DNA of 60,043 bases. It comes from a virus (Duplodnaviria > Caudoviricetes). The notes under the pieces were generated by a model. The model saw nothing but the letters and a program-made list of their open reading frames with translations. It had not been told where the DNA came from and made no database searches. The DNA is taken from positions 1 through 60,043 of IMG/VR virus record IMGVR_UViG_3300036818_000078, one strand, 5' to 3'. This document shows positions 26,644 through 36,218 of this stretch, piece by piece (within the stretch, counting starts at the first letter, position 1; each line of letters begins with the position of its first letter). A program made the translations under genes and the position numbers.

Positions 26644-27078
26644 ATGGACAATCCGCTTATTTTACCATCAATCGTCATTGGTTTATCGTACATCGTCCTA
26701 GGTGTGTTGTTATTCTTTTGTGCTAAAATGCTTCTCTCGTCTCCTTGGCTACGGTTTTTCACGCTGAGGGCAATTGTCAGCACTGCTGCAGACTCACTTG
26801 AGATGCACTCTCCTGACGATCATCCGCAGAGAAAGAAACAGAAGACAGACCGCTTGACACATGCAATTATCGAAGATGTGAGCCATGAAACAAACAATGC
26901 GCTCACGATTGATGCGCTAATTGATGCGTCAATGCTTGCAAATGACACAAACCCACATCTACGGGCGATACGCTTGAGTGAGAAGGATACTGAAGAACTG
27001 AGGATACAGAGTATGAAGTCGCTTGGGATAAGGCAACGGGCGGGAATGACAAGCGGGACAATGAGAAGCTTGCATTAG
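26644..27078 (+). CDS. Membrane-anchored hypothetical protein
   Basis: AGGAGG RBS; N-terminal TM segment. Confidence 0.6.
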   Translation: MDNPLILPSIVIGLSYIVLGVLLFFCAKMLLSSPWLRFFTLRAIVSTAADSLEMHSPDDHPQRKKQKTDRLTHAIIEDVSHETNNALTIDALIDASMLANDTNPHLRAIRLSEKDTEELRIQSMKSLGIRQRAGMTSGTMRSLH

Positions 27079-27145
27079 GATTGAGCCAGTTGAGGACATG
27101 AAAAAGCCGCTGTCCGTTGTGGAAGCGGCTTGATTGTTGTGTGAT

Positions 27146-27460
27146 CTATCTGCCAAGGATAGCCTTCATAGCGTCTAGGTTAGAGGCAACGTTCACAATT
27201 TTGAGATAATCGCACTTCTGCCCGCCTCTACCATCTTCAACGCCCATGTTTACCTCATGCCCATTAAATGTGATGTTCCTGTGGATACGGGTCCCTGACG
27301 GACCCCCGTCTGCTGAGTGGAATTCTCCCATTTGGCAATTCGGGGGAAGCTTTGTGAACTCCCCAAATTGACCATCATACGAGATTTCAGCACCATTCTT
27401 TACTAAAAGATCAATAGCCGCTTGGGATACATTTCCGAATAATCCGTCTAACTTAATCAT
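27146..27460 (-). CDS. Hypothetical protein
   Basis: 104-aa ORF in leftward early operon. Confidence 0.6.
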   Translation of the reverse strand: MIKLDGLFGNVSQAAIDLLVKNGAEISYDGQFGEFTKLPPNCQMGEFHSADGGPSGTRIHRNITFNGHEVNMGVEDGRGGQKCDYLKIVNVASNLDAMKAILGR

Positions 27461-27511
27461 GTTAAAACTCTCTTTCTCGACTTGAGGACGTGCCTCACGA
27501 TTTTGTGGGAA

Positions 27512-27733
27512 CTAATATACTGCACTAAATCCCTGATCCAGAAGATGCTGACGGACCTTCTGCATTGTCTCACTCTTTGTGCCCTCAGGGAATTGGACAC
27601 AGGGATAATTGAGAGACTCATCTACTGTCAGCCCTACCACATCTGACGGTAGAGCCGCTTGAACCTCATCAATCGTGGCATACTGCCCTTTATTCTTTGC
27701 AGAATACGGGACTTTCCAATACGGACCGCTCAT
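27512..27733 (-). CDS. Hypothetical protein
   Basis: GAAGGA RBS, 73 aa. Confidence 0.6.
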   Translation of the reverse strand: MSGPYWKVPYSAKNKGQYATIDEVQAALPSDVVGLTVDESLNYPCVQFPEGTKSETMQKVRQHLLDQGFSAVY

Positions 27734-28018
27734 GATTTGTTCCTTCCAACTATCAAGCTCACAATTGGCTTGCTGCTACCAGCATCCGAAGATACTGGCA
27801 ACGGCCAGACAACTGGGACTAATCGATCAACTGACCGACTTGATACTCAGGATTGTGCACAACGGCTATTACATATTTCTGTAATTTTGGGTCCCAGACC
27901 GCTACCGCCCCATACGCATGCAGGACCGCATGCGCAATCGTGAACGCGCAAGGCAGACTAGCAGGGCCGTTGACCCGCATCAGCTCATCGCACTTGAGCT
28001 GAAACCAAACGAGCGGGA

Positions 28019-28420
28019 CTACTTGCACCTTTTGACGATATCAAAGACATAATACTTGAAGAAATCCTCATCTGCGGCATAAGAGCCGTCATCCTGTGGA
28101 ATGAAGAAAACATTCATCCCATCTCTTCCCAGGCGAGCTTCCCACTTTGCAATAAATGCTTCACGGGAAACACCATCTAGGAAGATATCAGGGACCTCAT
28201 TAGGGAAGATTTTGAGATCAACCACATGATCATATCTTTTCCCATTGATACGCTGATTGCGTATTTTTCGATCTTCAGAGATCTCACGATCGAATCGATG
28301 CGCCCCAATAGAGAGAGAGACGGAGACCGTCGCCAGCTTTTGTGGGACATGTGACCTAACCGCAGGCACATTTTCCTCAACCATATTAGGCGTCAATAGC
28401 TCGTCGGATAACCAACCCAA
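28019..28420 (-). CDS. Hypothetical protein
   Basis: 133-aa ORF in leftward operon; start uncertain. Confidence 0.5.
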   Translation of the reverse strand: MGWLSDELLTPNMVEENVPAVRSHVPQKLATVSVSLSIGAHRFDREISEDRKIRNQRINGKRYDHVVDLKIFPNEVPDIFLDGVSREAFIAKWEARLGRDGMNVFFIPQDDGSYAADEDFFKYYVFDIVKRCK

Positions 28421-28501
28421 TTTCGAACTCGCTTTCTTGTGCTATCAACACTGCCTGAATATCAGGCAGTGTTGATCCCGCCACCAAGGACGGGAGACTA
28501 A

Positions 28502-28714
28502 CTACTCTTCTTCTGAACTACCTACGCGCTCATCAATTTCCTGCTGGGACATGCCCTCTTGCGCCCATACTTCACTATCCACACTGTAGAGGACAGGGAC
28601 ATCTTGTCCTGCTTTCCTGATAGACCCTGAAAACCCATCAGGAGTTGCAATTTCGTGTCGCTGTGTGACTCCCTCATCATCTGAGAGGAGGACCTCACGA
28701 ATAATATGCTTCAT
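28502..28714 (-). CDS. Hypothetical acidic protein
   Basis: GAAAGG RBS, first gene after the promoter at 28776-28805. Confidence 0.6.
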   Translation of the reverse strand: MKHIIREVLLSDDEGVTQRHEIATPDGFSGSIRKAGQDVPVLYSVDSEVWAQEGMSQQEIDERVGSSEEE

Positions 28715-28775
28715 CTCGACTGCCTTTCTGAGATTGCTCTCAGCTCCTGCAAGAACAACTCTTGCTTACATATCT

Positions 28776-28805
28776 AGTATAGTACATTGCTATACGGTTT
28801 GTCAA
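28776..28805 (-). promoter_or_regulatory. Sigma70-type promoter with GTATAG-N7-CTATAC operator
   Basis: Minus strand TTGACA-18 nt-TATACT; inverted repeat at 28777-28795. Confidence 0.7.
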
Positions 28806-28844
28806 GGGGATTTTGGACCAATTTCCGAATCCCCTGAGAATTGC

Positions 28845-29183
28845 CTACTTTGCTCTAGGAGTGTAGGGAGCCTCGGCCCATTCCCCATTGACGAACCTGC
28901 CAACCTTCTCGACATTCTCCTGCTCTTTCCAGAGCTCAAATTGCTCTTTGGAGAGATGCTCATCGTTGCCTTGCCAGGCTATGAACTCGCGTCCGACGCG
29001 CTCGACTCTGACTTCGTACTGATCTTGCTGCATTTGGCTTTCCCTTTCTTGCTTGACCGCTAGCCAATATCTGTCAAGCGCTATTAATACAACCTGCGTT
29101 TTGGTCTGGCCTTTCCACTTGGCAAGATCACTTAATTGCTGATCTGACCCTTCAGGCATATCCCTAATGTTGAATTGGCCCAT
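28845..29183 (-). CDS. Ribbon-helix-helix DNA-binding protein
   Basis: AGGAGG RBS; 'QFNIRDMPE....LSDLAKWKGQTKTQVVLIALDRY' RHH pattern. Confidence 0.65.
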   Translation of the reverse strand: MGQFNIRDMPEGSDQQLSDLAKWKGQTKTQVVLIALDRYWLAVKQERESQMQQDQYEVRVERVGREFIAWQGNDEHLSKEQFELWKEQENVEKVGRFVNGEWAEAPYTPRAK

Positions 29184-29193
29184 AGGGGACCTC

Positions 29194-29607
29194 CTAAGAA
29201 TACTGAGTGTATCGCCCGTCAGGCAATTCAATGAGATCAAAATCTGCAATCTGTGTACATAGAGTAGTCAGAAGACTCTGCACTCTGCGAGGCTTGAGGT
29301 TTAACACCGTCTCACCGTTGCTTGCCTCAACTAAAGCGTTGAACATTTCTTCTGCTGTGAATGGCTCGGTAGCAGCCGCCGCTGTTGCTCTTGCACTTCT
29401 CAGCATATCGAACTCACCGCTGACCTCTTGACGGATACCTTGTAACATTTCCTCTTTCCTCTCCAGAAGCTCTTTGGCATCATCAGAATAGATCTGATTA
29501 GAAGGCTTCAAGACATTTTTGTGAGTAGCTAACCATTGGAGGTACGAAGCAGGAACCTCGTTCACTTTCTCGTTTTTGTGTTTGCCGAATGTGAAAATTG
29601 CTCTCAT
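29194..29607 (-). CDS. Protein with N-terminal 'FGKH..G..' (DUF3820-like) domain
   Basis: 'FTFGKHKNEKVNEVPASYLQWL'. Confidence 0.65.
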   Translation of the reverse strand: MRAIFTFGKHKNEKVNEVPASYLQWLATHKNVLKPSNQIYSDDAKELLERKEEMLQGIRQEVSGEFDMLRSARATAAAATEPFTAEEMFNALVEASNGETVLNLKPRRVQSLLTTLCTQIADFDLIELPDGRYTQYS

Positions 29608-29646
29608 TTCCGTATCTCCTTTGTTTTGTATCTCTCATCTACAAGT

Positions 29647-29675
29647 AGTATAGCAGATATCTATACGTCTGTCAA
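29647..29675 (-). promoter_or_regulatory. Sigma70-type promoter with GTATAG-N7-CTATAC operator
   Basis: Minus strand TTGACA-17 nt-TATACT; inverted repeat at 29648-29666. Confidence 0.75.
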
Positions 29676-29793
29676 GCAATTTACTATACGATTTAGACCA
29701 CTTTCAGAGATTGCTAGAATGTCGTTCATGCCCGTCATGCATCTCGTTGTGGGCAAAAAGTTAGCTGCTAGTCCACCATCTAGCAGCTTGGGA

Positions 29794-30072
29794 TTACATT
29801 CTCTCATTTAAGAATTCTTCTATCTCTTTGAGGGACTTGAAACTTTGCGCTCGTCTCTCTTCGACTGCATTATCATCAGGAGAGACATACGGAGCAATCC
29901 AGTATCTTGGTTCCTGTGGATACTGGTGCCCAACAGGGATAAACTTGCTTGTGCTGCTCATCCAATTCCAGCCAGCCTTCGCTAGCTTTTGATTGATGCG
30001 ATCTTTAATCTTGGGACCCGATCCAGAACGAGCGCCACCCCAATTTTTGCTATCCTCCACTCTTCTACCCAT
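29794..30072 (-). CDS. Hypothetical protein with 'WGGARSGSGPK' motif
   Basis: GG.R.G.G.K motif common in small phage DNA-binding proteins. Confidence 0.6.
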   Translation of the reverse strand: MGRRVEDSKNWGGARSGSGPKIKDRINQKLAKAGWNWMSSTSKFIPVGHQYPQEPRYWIAPYVSPDDNAVEERRAQSFKSLKEIEEFLNERM

Positions 30073-30506
30073 TAATTTACCCTATCACCTTTCTCATTGT
30101 ACTGTGGCAATTGTCCCTTTTTGATAAGAGTCGCACGAACAAAGATCTGTAGAGGGTCAACACGGATTCCCATTCCCCTATACCCAGCTTTCAGAAGCAT
30201 ATTCTCGACATCATTGGAACCGCTAAATGAAACGCCTGATTTTACCAACTCATCTGCCAAGATCTCAGTAAGCCTATCGCCCTTCTCATCAGGTAGATAG
30301 GAGAATACTTTGGCAGACTCTTCAATCTCTTGCCTGACAGACTGACGGCGACGGGTCAACTCTTGGATTGCCAACTCTGTCCAATTGACTCCATTGCGAA
30401 TGATTGGTTTGGGATTGTAGTCGGAATCTTGCATCCAGACCAAATACTCCTTTGGAAGATCCTTGATATCGGTGCCTCTGTGCTTGCCAAATGGGATAGT
30501 TGCCAT
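30072..30506 (-). CDS. Protein with N-terminal DUF3820-like domain (paralog of 29194-29607)
   Basis: 'IPFGKHRGTDIKDLPKEYLVWM'. Confidence 0.65.
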   Translation of the reverse strand: MATIPFGKHRGTDIKDLPKEYLVWMQDSDYNPKPIIRNGVNWTELAIQELTRRRQSVRQEIEESAKVFSYLPDEKGDRLTEILADELVKSGVSFSGSNDVENMLLKAGYRGMGIRVDPLQIFVRATLIKKGQLPQYNEKGDRVN

Positions 30507-30553
30507 AATTTTGACCTCTCTTCTTGTTTTCGTACCTCAATTGGTATAGTTGA

Positions 30554-30582
30554 ATTATATTTCATTCAAGATGAATTGTCAA
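30554..30582 (-). promoter_or_regulatory. Consensus sigma70 promoter
   Basis: Minus strand TTGACA-17 nt-TATAAT, perfect consensus. Confidence 0.8.
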
Positions 30583-30784
30583 TAGTTCAAGATAGCAATA
30601 TTTGACAGCATGTAAAACCCGTTATGCATCTCTAATGGATGTATATCGATATGATGATACCTAGTGCTATGAGCAGCACAAATACCAGTATTGGGATAAA
30701 TCTATTCATCAATTTCTCCTGTAAATTGAGCACAAAAAAGAGGCTACCTGATTTGTCGATAGCCTCTCTTCAATGAGCTTGGCC

Positions 30785-30979
30785 CTAGACGGATGCTGCT
30801 ACGTTTACGCCTTCTAGGATCTTATCAAGCTCACTACGCTTGACTCTGTAGGATTGCCTCTTGCCTTTGTGTGGCAAACTGACGGCTGTAAGTACACCGT
30901 TCTTAATCCATCTCCTACAAGTTGTGGCATCACAGCGTAAAATCTGGGCAATCTCACTCACAGTCAACAAATCGTTCAT
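30785..30979 (-). CDS. Excisionase-like HTH (HTH_17) protein
   Basis: 'LLTVSEIAQILRCDATTCRRWIKNGVL...YRVKRSELD'. Confidence 0.8.
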   Translation of the reverse strand: MNDLLTVSEIAQILRCDATTCRRWIKNGVLTAVSLPHKGKRQSYRVKRSELDKILEGVNVAASV

Positions 30980-31034
30980 TACTCTCTCCTTTGGTAAAAG
31001 GTCACTAAAGATATGGTTACACTTAATGCCCTAA

Positions 31035-31063
31035 AGAGTACCATCTATCCCGATCAATGTCAA
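31035..31063 (-). promoter_or_regulatory. Sigma70-type promoter for the excisionase-like gene
   Basis: Minus strand TTGACA-17 nt-TACTCT with extended TG. Confidence 0.6.
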
Positions 31064-31399
31064 GCATTCCGGTACTCGTCAGGTGCTCATGACAAGCTCA
31101 ACTATTCACCAAGTCCTCTAGCTGCTCATCGCAGAGCTTTACAATATCTGCTAAAGCTCTGACGTATATTTCGGCCTTAAATAAATCTGATTGATGCTGT
31201 GATGCCTCATCTACAGCTTCTTGTGCCAGTTTGCAAATTTTCTCTACGAGATCAATCATGGTCAAAGTCCTTTCGTGTTGAATGCCTCTCAGTCGCAACA
31301 GGATGCGATTTAGGGCGATTAGAAATCTGCCTATCCACTCATCAGTAAAACATCCTACAAGGACAGTCAGGTCGAGCGTGTCAACGAATAGCTAGAGAT

Positions 31400-31702
31400 T
31401 TACGTCCCGTTCGCAGTCTCGAACTTGAAAATGCATGTGCAACACCATATCCCTAACCTCTCATGCCATACAAACTTCTCTACACTCTTTAAACACGTCC
31501 TACGTCCACAATAGCCGTGCTTTTGACAATAGATGCTACCTCCTGGGCTCAAGAGAGTTGCAGGCTCGCTACACTTGCAGCATGGTCCGAGTGGACTTGC
31601 AATCGTCGGCGGGTTGCCAGTCGGCGGTATCTTCGCGCCTGCTACTGTGTGAGGCGTGGCGAATAGCTGCTCTTGGATCATGATTTCGCCCATTCTTGCC
31701 AA
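31400..31702 (-). CDS. Cys-rich (zinc-binding) hypothetical protein
   Basis: CCKC, CQKH..C...C, CCTC motifs. Confidence 0.5.
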   Translation of the reverse strand: MARMGEIMIQEQLFATPHTVAGAKIPPTGNPPTIASPLGPCCKCSEPATLLSPGGSIYCQKHGYCGRRTCLKSVEKFVWHERLGIWCCTCIFKFETANGT

Positions 31703-31856
31703 TTCTCAAGTTTCAGCTTCTCTACAATCTTTCGTTGATCTTCGTTCAACTCATGCCTCTCAGCACGTCGCACAAACTCAGCAGGCTCAAATGCTGAGCG
31801 CTCGAGTGCAAAGCGGCAGGTGGAGCACAGGCAGTAGCGACCATGGGGTGAGATGT

Positions 31857-32717
31857 TCATACGGCCTCCAGGTCCCATAAACTAGCTTGCGCCGACGGAT
31901 AATTTAGTAGCAGCAGCTCAGTAGCATAGTCGTGTTTCTCATTCGTTTTCTGCGCGTGCTTGGGTGTCTCCCAGGTTATCCGTCTCCATTTGTCGGCCGG
32001 ATATAAATCATCTAGCGCAGGATGAGGATAGTAGGACAGGACGACAAAAGCCGACGATTTATTCAGCAGGTCGGCTAGTCGCTCGTGGTCTGCCATCGTA
32101 AAAGATTGGTTGTAGTAGTGCTCAGTGCCGATGTAAGGCGGGTCAGCATAGATGAGCATACGAGGCTTGTTGTAGACCTTAAAGACTGCAGCAAAGTCCC
32201 GATTGTCGATCATAACAAGCTTGAAGCGTTCTTGAACCTGCTTGAAGAGATCAATAGCGCTGTGATAGGAATGGACAGGTCCGCTTTTCGTATTCTTGAT
32301 GCCAGACGACCAGCCCTTGGGTTGTGGGTCTATATGGGCACTAAAGTTACTCCTGAGCACATAGAACCATCTGGCTGCACGCTCCAGTGGCTCCAGGTCG
32401 GTCCCATCCCAGAGGCTATAGTGATATCGGTAGTAGACCTCTCGACTGTATGGCAAACTTCTGCAGCGTTCCTCCAGGGCCTCTAGATTGTCTCTGCATT
32501 GCATCCAGAAATTGACCAAATCTCCATTGATATCATTGTAGGCTTCTACATGCCGATATGGTTTCTTTTGCATGAGCACGTGAGCGGCGCCGCCAAACAG
32601 TTCGCAGTACGTGTCGTACGCCGACGGCGAGGGAAACTGTTTGATGATATGCCTTGCTGAATAGTGCTTCCCTCCCATCCAAGGTAACGGGCTCCTGCTC
32701 TGATTCATAATTGCCAT
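31857..32717 (-). CDS. dam: DNA adenine methyltransferase (Dam/D12 class)
   Basis: 'PLPWMGGK', 'ELFGGA', 'YNDIN', catalytic 'YADPPY'. Confidence 0.9.
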   Translation of the reverse strand: MAIMNQSRSPLPWMGGKHYSARHIIKQFPSPSAYDTYCELFGGAAHVLMQKKPYRHVEAYNDINGDLVNFWMQCRDNLEALEERCRSLPYSREVYYRYHYSLWDGTDLEPLERAARWFYVLRSNFSAHIDPQPKGWSSGIKNTKSGPVHSYHSAIDLFKQVQERFKLVMIDNRDFAAVFKVYNKPRMLIYADPPYIGTEHYYNQSFTMADHERLADLLNKSSAFVVLSYYPHPALDDLYPADKWRRITWETPKHAQKTNEKHDYATELLLLNYPSAQASLWDLEAV

Positions 32718-32998
32718 TATCCTGTCATCTCCAGTGCAACTGGTAGCAGCCAGTCGATATACGCTAGCATCACTACATAATGTGCCGACGTTCGTAGCTC
32801 AGGACGGCGTGCATCCCTGCCTACAAATTGCGCTACAAAACGTTTGAGAGCCTCGTAACACTCCCATCGGTACTCAGCACTGCCATACTCGAGCGCAGTG
32901 TCTAGGATCGCTTCTATGCGATTTGGCTCGAGCTGGTAGATCTCAGCTAAGTGTGACTCGTGCTCAATCGCGTCAAGTGCTCTTTGTCTTGTGATCAT
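32717..32998 (-). CDS. Hypothetical protein
   Basis: 93 aa, AAGGA RBS, coupled to the methylase start. Confidence 0.6.
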   Translation of the reverse strand: MITRQRALDAIEHESHLAEIYQLEPNRIEAILDTALEYGSAEYRWECYEALKRFVAQFVGRDARRPELRTSAHYVVMLAYIDWLLPVALEMTG

Positions 32999-33081
32999 TT
33001 CAGTCCTTGAATATCCCGTGGCTATATGAGATGGAGTATGTAATCTGCATGTCTCATCCCATATAGCTATGTCACGCGCTA

Positions 33082-35178
33082 CTAATTTACCTGTCCTAAT
33101 TTACGTTGCATCTCTTCTAGACCAGCTTGTATTTTTCGCACTTCATTGCTTCCATACAGGGACTGCAGTCGAATACTGTACTCTTTGCGGGATATTTGAC
33201 CCGTGGGGAGATCACTCTCAGGGACAAACCACTGTACCGTTCCAAGTGGGGCCAATTTCTCAGGATCTGCCTGTTGCAATTTCAGATAGGTATCTCGAAA
33301 TTCCTGCATAAGAGAAATCGGTAACGGTTCGTTGTTTTGCGTAGACACTGTAGACGCCGTAGACGCTCCACCTGTTTTTATGCCTTCCGATGGCTCCACA
33401 GGCTCGTCTAGCTGTCCGTCTATGCCGTAGACGCTCCGTAGACGCTCCTGATTTCCGTAGACGTCTACAGCGTCTATAGTGTCTACGCTGTCTACAGCGT
33501 CTACAGCGTCTACGGAGTTTGCATTTTTCTCTTTCTTTGTTTTAGGGGAGGGAATCAGAGTTATATACCCACCTTTGATACCTGCTTCCTTATCTTCTTC
33601 CACCCACTTAATCTCATCATCATTCTTCATTTTATAAAGGAGTTTACGTATCTTCTCACTGTCATCAGTACCATCTACCAGCACTGCTATATCTTTAGGC
33701 ATCATTGGTGTTAGAGCAACGTCTAGGAAGTCAATGATGGCCCGACGCTCTTGACTGAGGGTATAATAGAGGGCTGTTTGTCCATCTCCTAATACCTTCC
33801 AGAAACCATTATTAAAGGCTATAGCTAGGTTTACCTCTTCTTTGTAGTCGCGTCCAGATGCGTAGACGGTGCCCTCAGCATCACCACGTCCGCGTTTTAT
33901 ACTGATAAAGCCGTCAGCACACGCTGTAACACCTGTTGTGGCGTTCAGTTCGTCAAACGGGTCGTCTGCGTTTGCTTTGCGTAGGTGGAATTGGATGAGG
34001 ATACAGATCCCGTACTTGTCTGCAAGCTCTTTGATACCTGCTAGGGCCTCGTACTCAGCATCATAGCCTGTTTCACCATTGCGACTCTTCACACGGGGTT
34101 TGACTTTAACCCACGGGTCGACAATGACAAGGCGCGTCCTTGGATGAGCGATAATCCACACCTCAAGTTTTGCTATGCCATTGCTGTCCAATCGGGGCCA
34201 CTTGGTTTCAATGTGTAGATCCTTTGGTGCGATGCTTCCAGGTCCCAGCAACTGACCGATACGATCTTGCAGACGGCGCTCTGTATCCTCTAGAGCTAGA
34301 TAGAGGGCCTCGCCTTGCTTTACCTGATATTTGCCTAGGGCTATTCCGCCAGAGGCCACCGCCATGGCTATGTTGAGATCTAGCCATGATTTACCAATCT
34401 TCTGTTTCCCACCAAGGACAATCAGTCCCATCGGCAGGAGTTCAGGCACTGCATATTCAATTGGCGGGAATTGCTTCTTCATCAAGTCGTATGCTGAGAT
34501 AGGGGCTGGCTCTCCTATCCTCTTGCGCTCATTTTCCTCTTTAGCTGATCGGAGCAAGTTGGTAAACTCGCGCATGGGGAATTCATGATGCCATATATCG
34601 AAGGCTGCTAGACGGATACGATCCTGCTCTATGGTATCCATCTCGGCTATCTCACCAGCTAGGGCATAGAGATCTTGCTTGTTGCCACATGTCAGAGCGT
34701 CCATAACCCGCTGATTCTCTATATTCCAGACGGGATCTGGCCTCACTGCCTGTACAGGTGCTGGTTGTTTCTTCTCTGTTCTTACCTCTTTAGGTGTGTA
34801 GGCATCGGGCTCAAATACTAGCCTGAAATCCTTCCATCCCTTCCCATGGCAACTATTATGGCTGCAGCTCGCACCTACACGCCCGTCAGCTTGTTCATAT
34901 AGACATGCGCTATTATCCGTATGAGATGAGTCCCAAATACATGCTTTAAGGTGATAACGCCTTCCACCATTATAGGGATCTACAGATTTATACTGTATCT
35001 GATATTTCTGTATGAAGCTTTCCATTGTGAACGTCTCACGTATCCATTGCGTCGGTTTGTGACCGTTGCTTGAGACATCTGCTTTTTTTGCATAGGCAGC
35101 CACAGCCTCTAGTAAGTGGCGCGGGACGGGTTGCCTCTTAAAATTCAAGTATTCGTGAGAATCTATGGGGGCGCTCAT
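33082..35178 (-). CDS. Replicative helicase, RepA/AAA_25 type, with N-terminal primase-accessory zinc domain
   Basis: Walker A 'GKQKIGKS', 'LYLALED', Walker B 'LVIVD', 'HLRK'; N-terminal 'CIW..SH...CSHNSC..KGW'. Confidence 0.85.
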   Translation of the reverse strand: MSAPIDSHEYLNFKRQPVPRHLLEAVAAYAKKADVSSNGHKPTQWIRETFTMESFIQKYQIQYKSVDPYNGGRRYHLKACIWDSSHTDNSACLYEQADGRVGASCSHNSCHGKGWKDFRLVFEPDAYTPKEVRTEKKQPAPVQAVRPDPVWNIENQRVMDALTCGNKQDLYALAGEIAEMDTIEQDRIRLAAFDIWHHEFPMREFTNLLRSAKEENERKRIGEPAPISAYDLMKKQFPPIEYAVPELLPMGLIVLGGKQKIGKSWLDLNIAMAVASGGIALGKYQVKQGEALYLALEDTERRLQDRIGQLLGPGSIAPKDLHIETKWPRLDSNGIAKLEVWIIAHPRTRLVIVDPWVKVKPRVKSRNGETGYDAEYEALAGIKELADKYGICILIQFHLRKANADDPFDELNATTGVTACADGFISIKRGRGDAEGTVYASGRDYKEEVNLAIAFNNGFWKVLGDGQTALYYTLSQERRAIIDFLDVALTPMMPKDIAVLVDGTDDSEKIRKLLYKMKNDDEIKWVEEDKEAGIKGGYITLIPSPKTKKEKNANSVDAVDAVDSVDTIDAVDVYGNQERLRSVYGIDGQLDEPVEPSEGIKTGGASTASTVSTQNNEPLPISLMQEFRDTYLKLQQADPEKLAPLGTVQWFVPESDLPTGQISRKEYSIRLQSLYGSNEVRKIQAGLEEMQRKLGQVN
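33341..33513. repeat. Iteron-like GTAGAC/GTCTAC repeats (candidate replication origin)
   Basis: Six GTAGAC (33341, 33350, 33359, 33427, 33438, 33457) then six GTCTAY at 9-nt period (33463-33513). Confidence 0.7.
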
Positions 35179-35839
35179 CTGTGTTATCTCCTTTACATGC
35201 TAATGTTCCGTACAATTTGATAATGCGGGACGGGTTAAACAGCGTCTGGTCTACGTGTATTCCCTCTTCATCGAACCGTGTCGCTAGACCTTCTAGAATA
35301 TGTTTGATGAGCGGGGTTTCAGTCGTGGGGAAATCGATTTGATAGAGTAGATGAGACCCGTTACCACTGTCCGCTAAAATAGGCTCAGGCCATCCCTCTG
35401 CTCTGAGTGCATCGCGTATCTTGCGACTATGCGCAATGGATTTTTGATGCTCTTCTTCAGTAGAAGAAATGTTTGTGACACGATCAGGGTCACTATCAAT
35501 AGCCAGCCACTGGTAGCCGATGATATACTTATCAGGTGTGCTATAATCTTTCTTCTGAGGAACAAGCTTGTTTTTTGCTCTGTGAAGTAGGTCAGGGTGG
35601 CACGGTTGCAGTGTTATATAGATGCCAGTTGCCTGACGAAGTGTAGATATCTCTTTGAGTAGATCGTTGATATTATCGAAGTAGCCACCCATCGTCTGGA
35701 GATAGCGGCTATTCTGCTCTCTGGAAGCGTTAAGCGCTCGTATCTCGACAATCTGGCCGGGCGCTGTGAGGAGGTGATAGGCCCGCTTTACCTCTTGAAT
35801 ACTTACCAGTTTTGAGGATATATCGCGGATGTTTGTCAT
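35138..35839 (-). CDS. AEP-type primase domain protein
   Basis: 'IDSD', 'DSGNGSHLLY', 'VD...FNPSRIIKLYGT' motifs of archaeo-eukaryotic primase-like phage proteins. Confidence 0.75.
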   Translation of the reverse strand: MTNIRDISSKLVSIQEVKRAYHLLTAPGQIVEIRALNASREQNSRYLQTMGGYFDNINDLLKEISTLRQATGIYITLQPCHPDLLHRAKNKLVPQKKDYSTPDKYIIGYQWLAIDSDPDRVTNISSTEEEHQKSIAHSRKIRDALRAEGWPEPILADSGNGSHLLYQIDFPTTETPLIKHILEGLATRFDEEGIHVDQTLFNPSRIIKLYGTLACKGDNTDERPHRFSRILEF

Positions 35840-36023
35840 AGGTACACACTTTCTATGCATACCCAAATCCCTTGTACTTCACCTTGACAAATTTTAGGCA
35901 AGGCGCATATACTAGAGATAGGGTAGCGTCGTCTAAGGCTTATCTCTTCCGGGCGGCAATCCATCAGGGATAAGTCTGCTGCTACGAAATTGTTAGTTGT
36001 CCTCAGCCAGTCCTCAACTGGCT

Positions 36024-36218
36024 TTATTTTTTGTCTTCTGTCCTGGTGTTTCTGTCGATGTAACGGTCTAGTGCCTCTGATCTCACTCGAAATCGCCCTC
36101 CAACTCTGACTGCCTCCAGCTTCCTTTGTGCGATGTATCTCTGAACAGTGGATTTCGATACTCTGAGTATCTCGGCGACTTCTTCCAGTGTGAGCAGTGT
36201 ATCTGCCATAACGATCAT
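36024..36218 (-). CDS. Excisionase-like HTH (HTH_17) protein
   Basis: 'LLTLEEVAEILRVSKSTVQRYI...LEAVRVGGRFRV'. Confidence 0.85.
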   Translation of the reverse strand: MIVMADTLLTLEEVAEILRVSKSTVQRYIAQRKLEAVRVGGRFRVRSEALDRYIDRNTRTEDKK

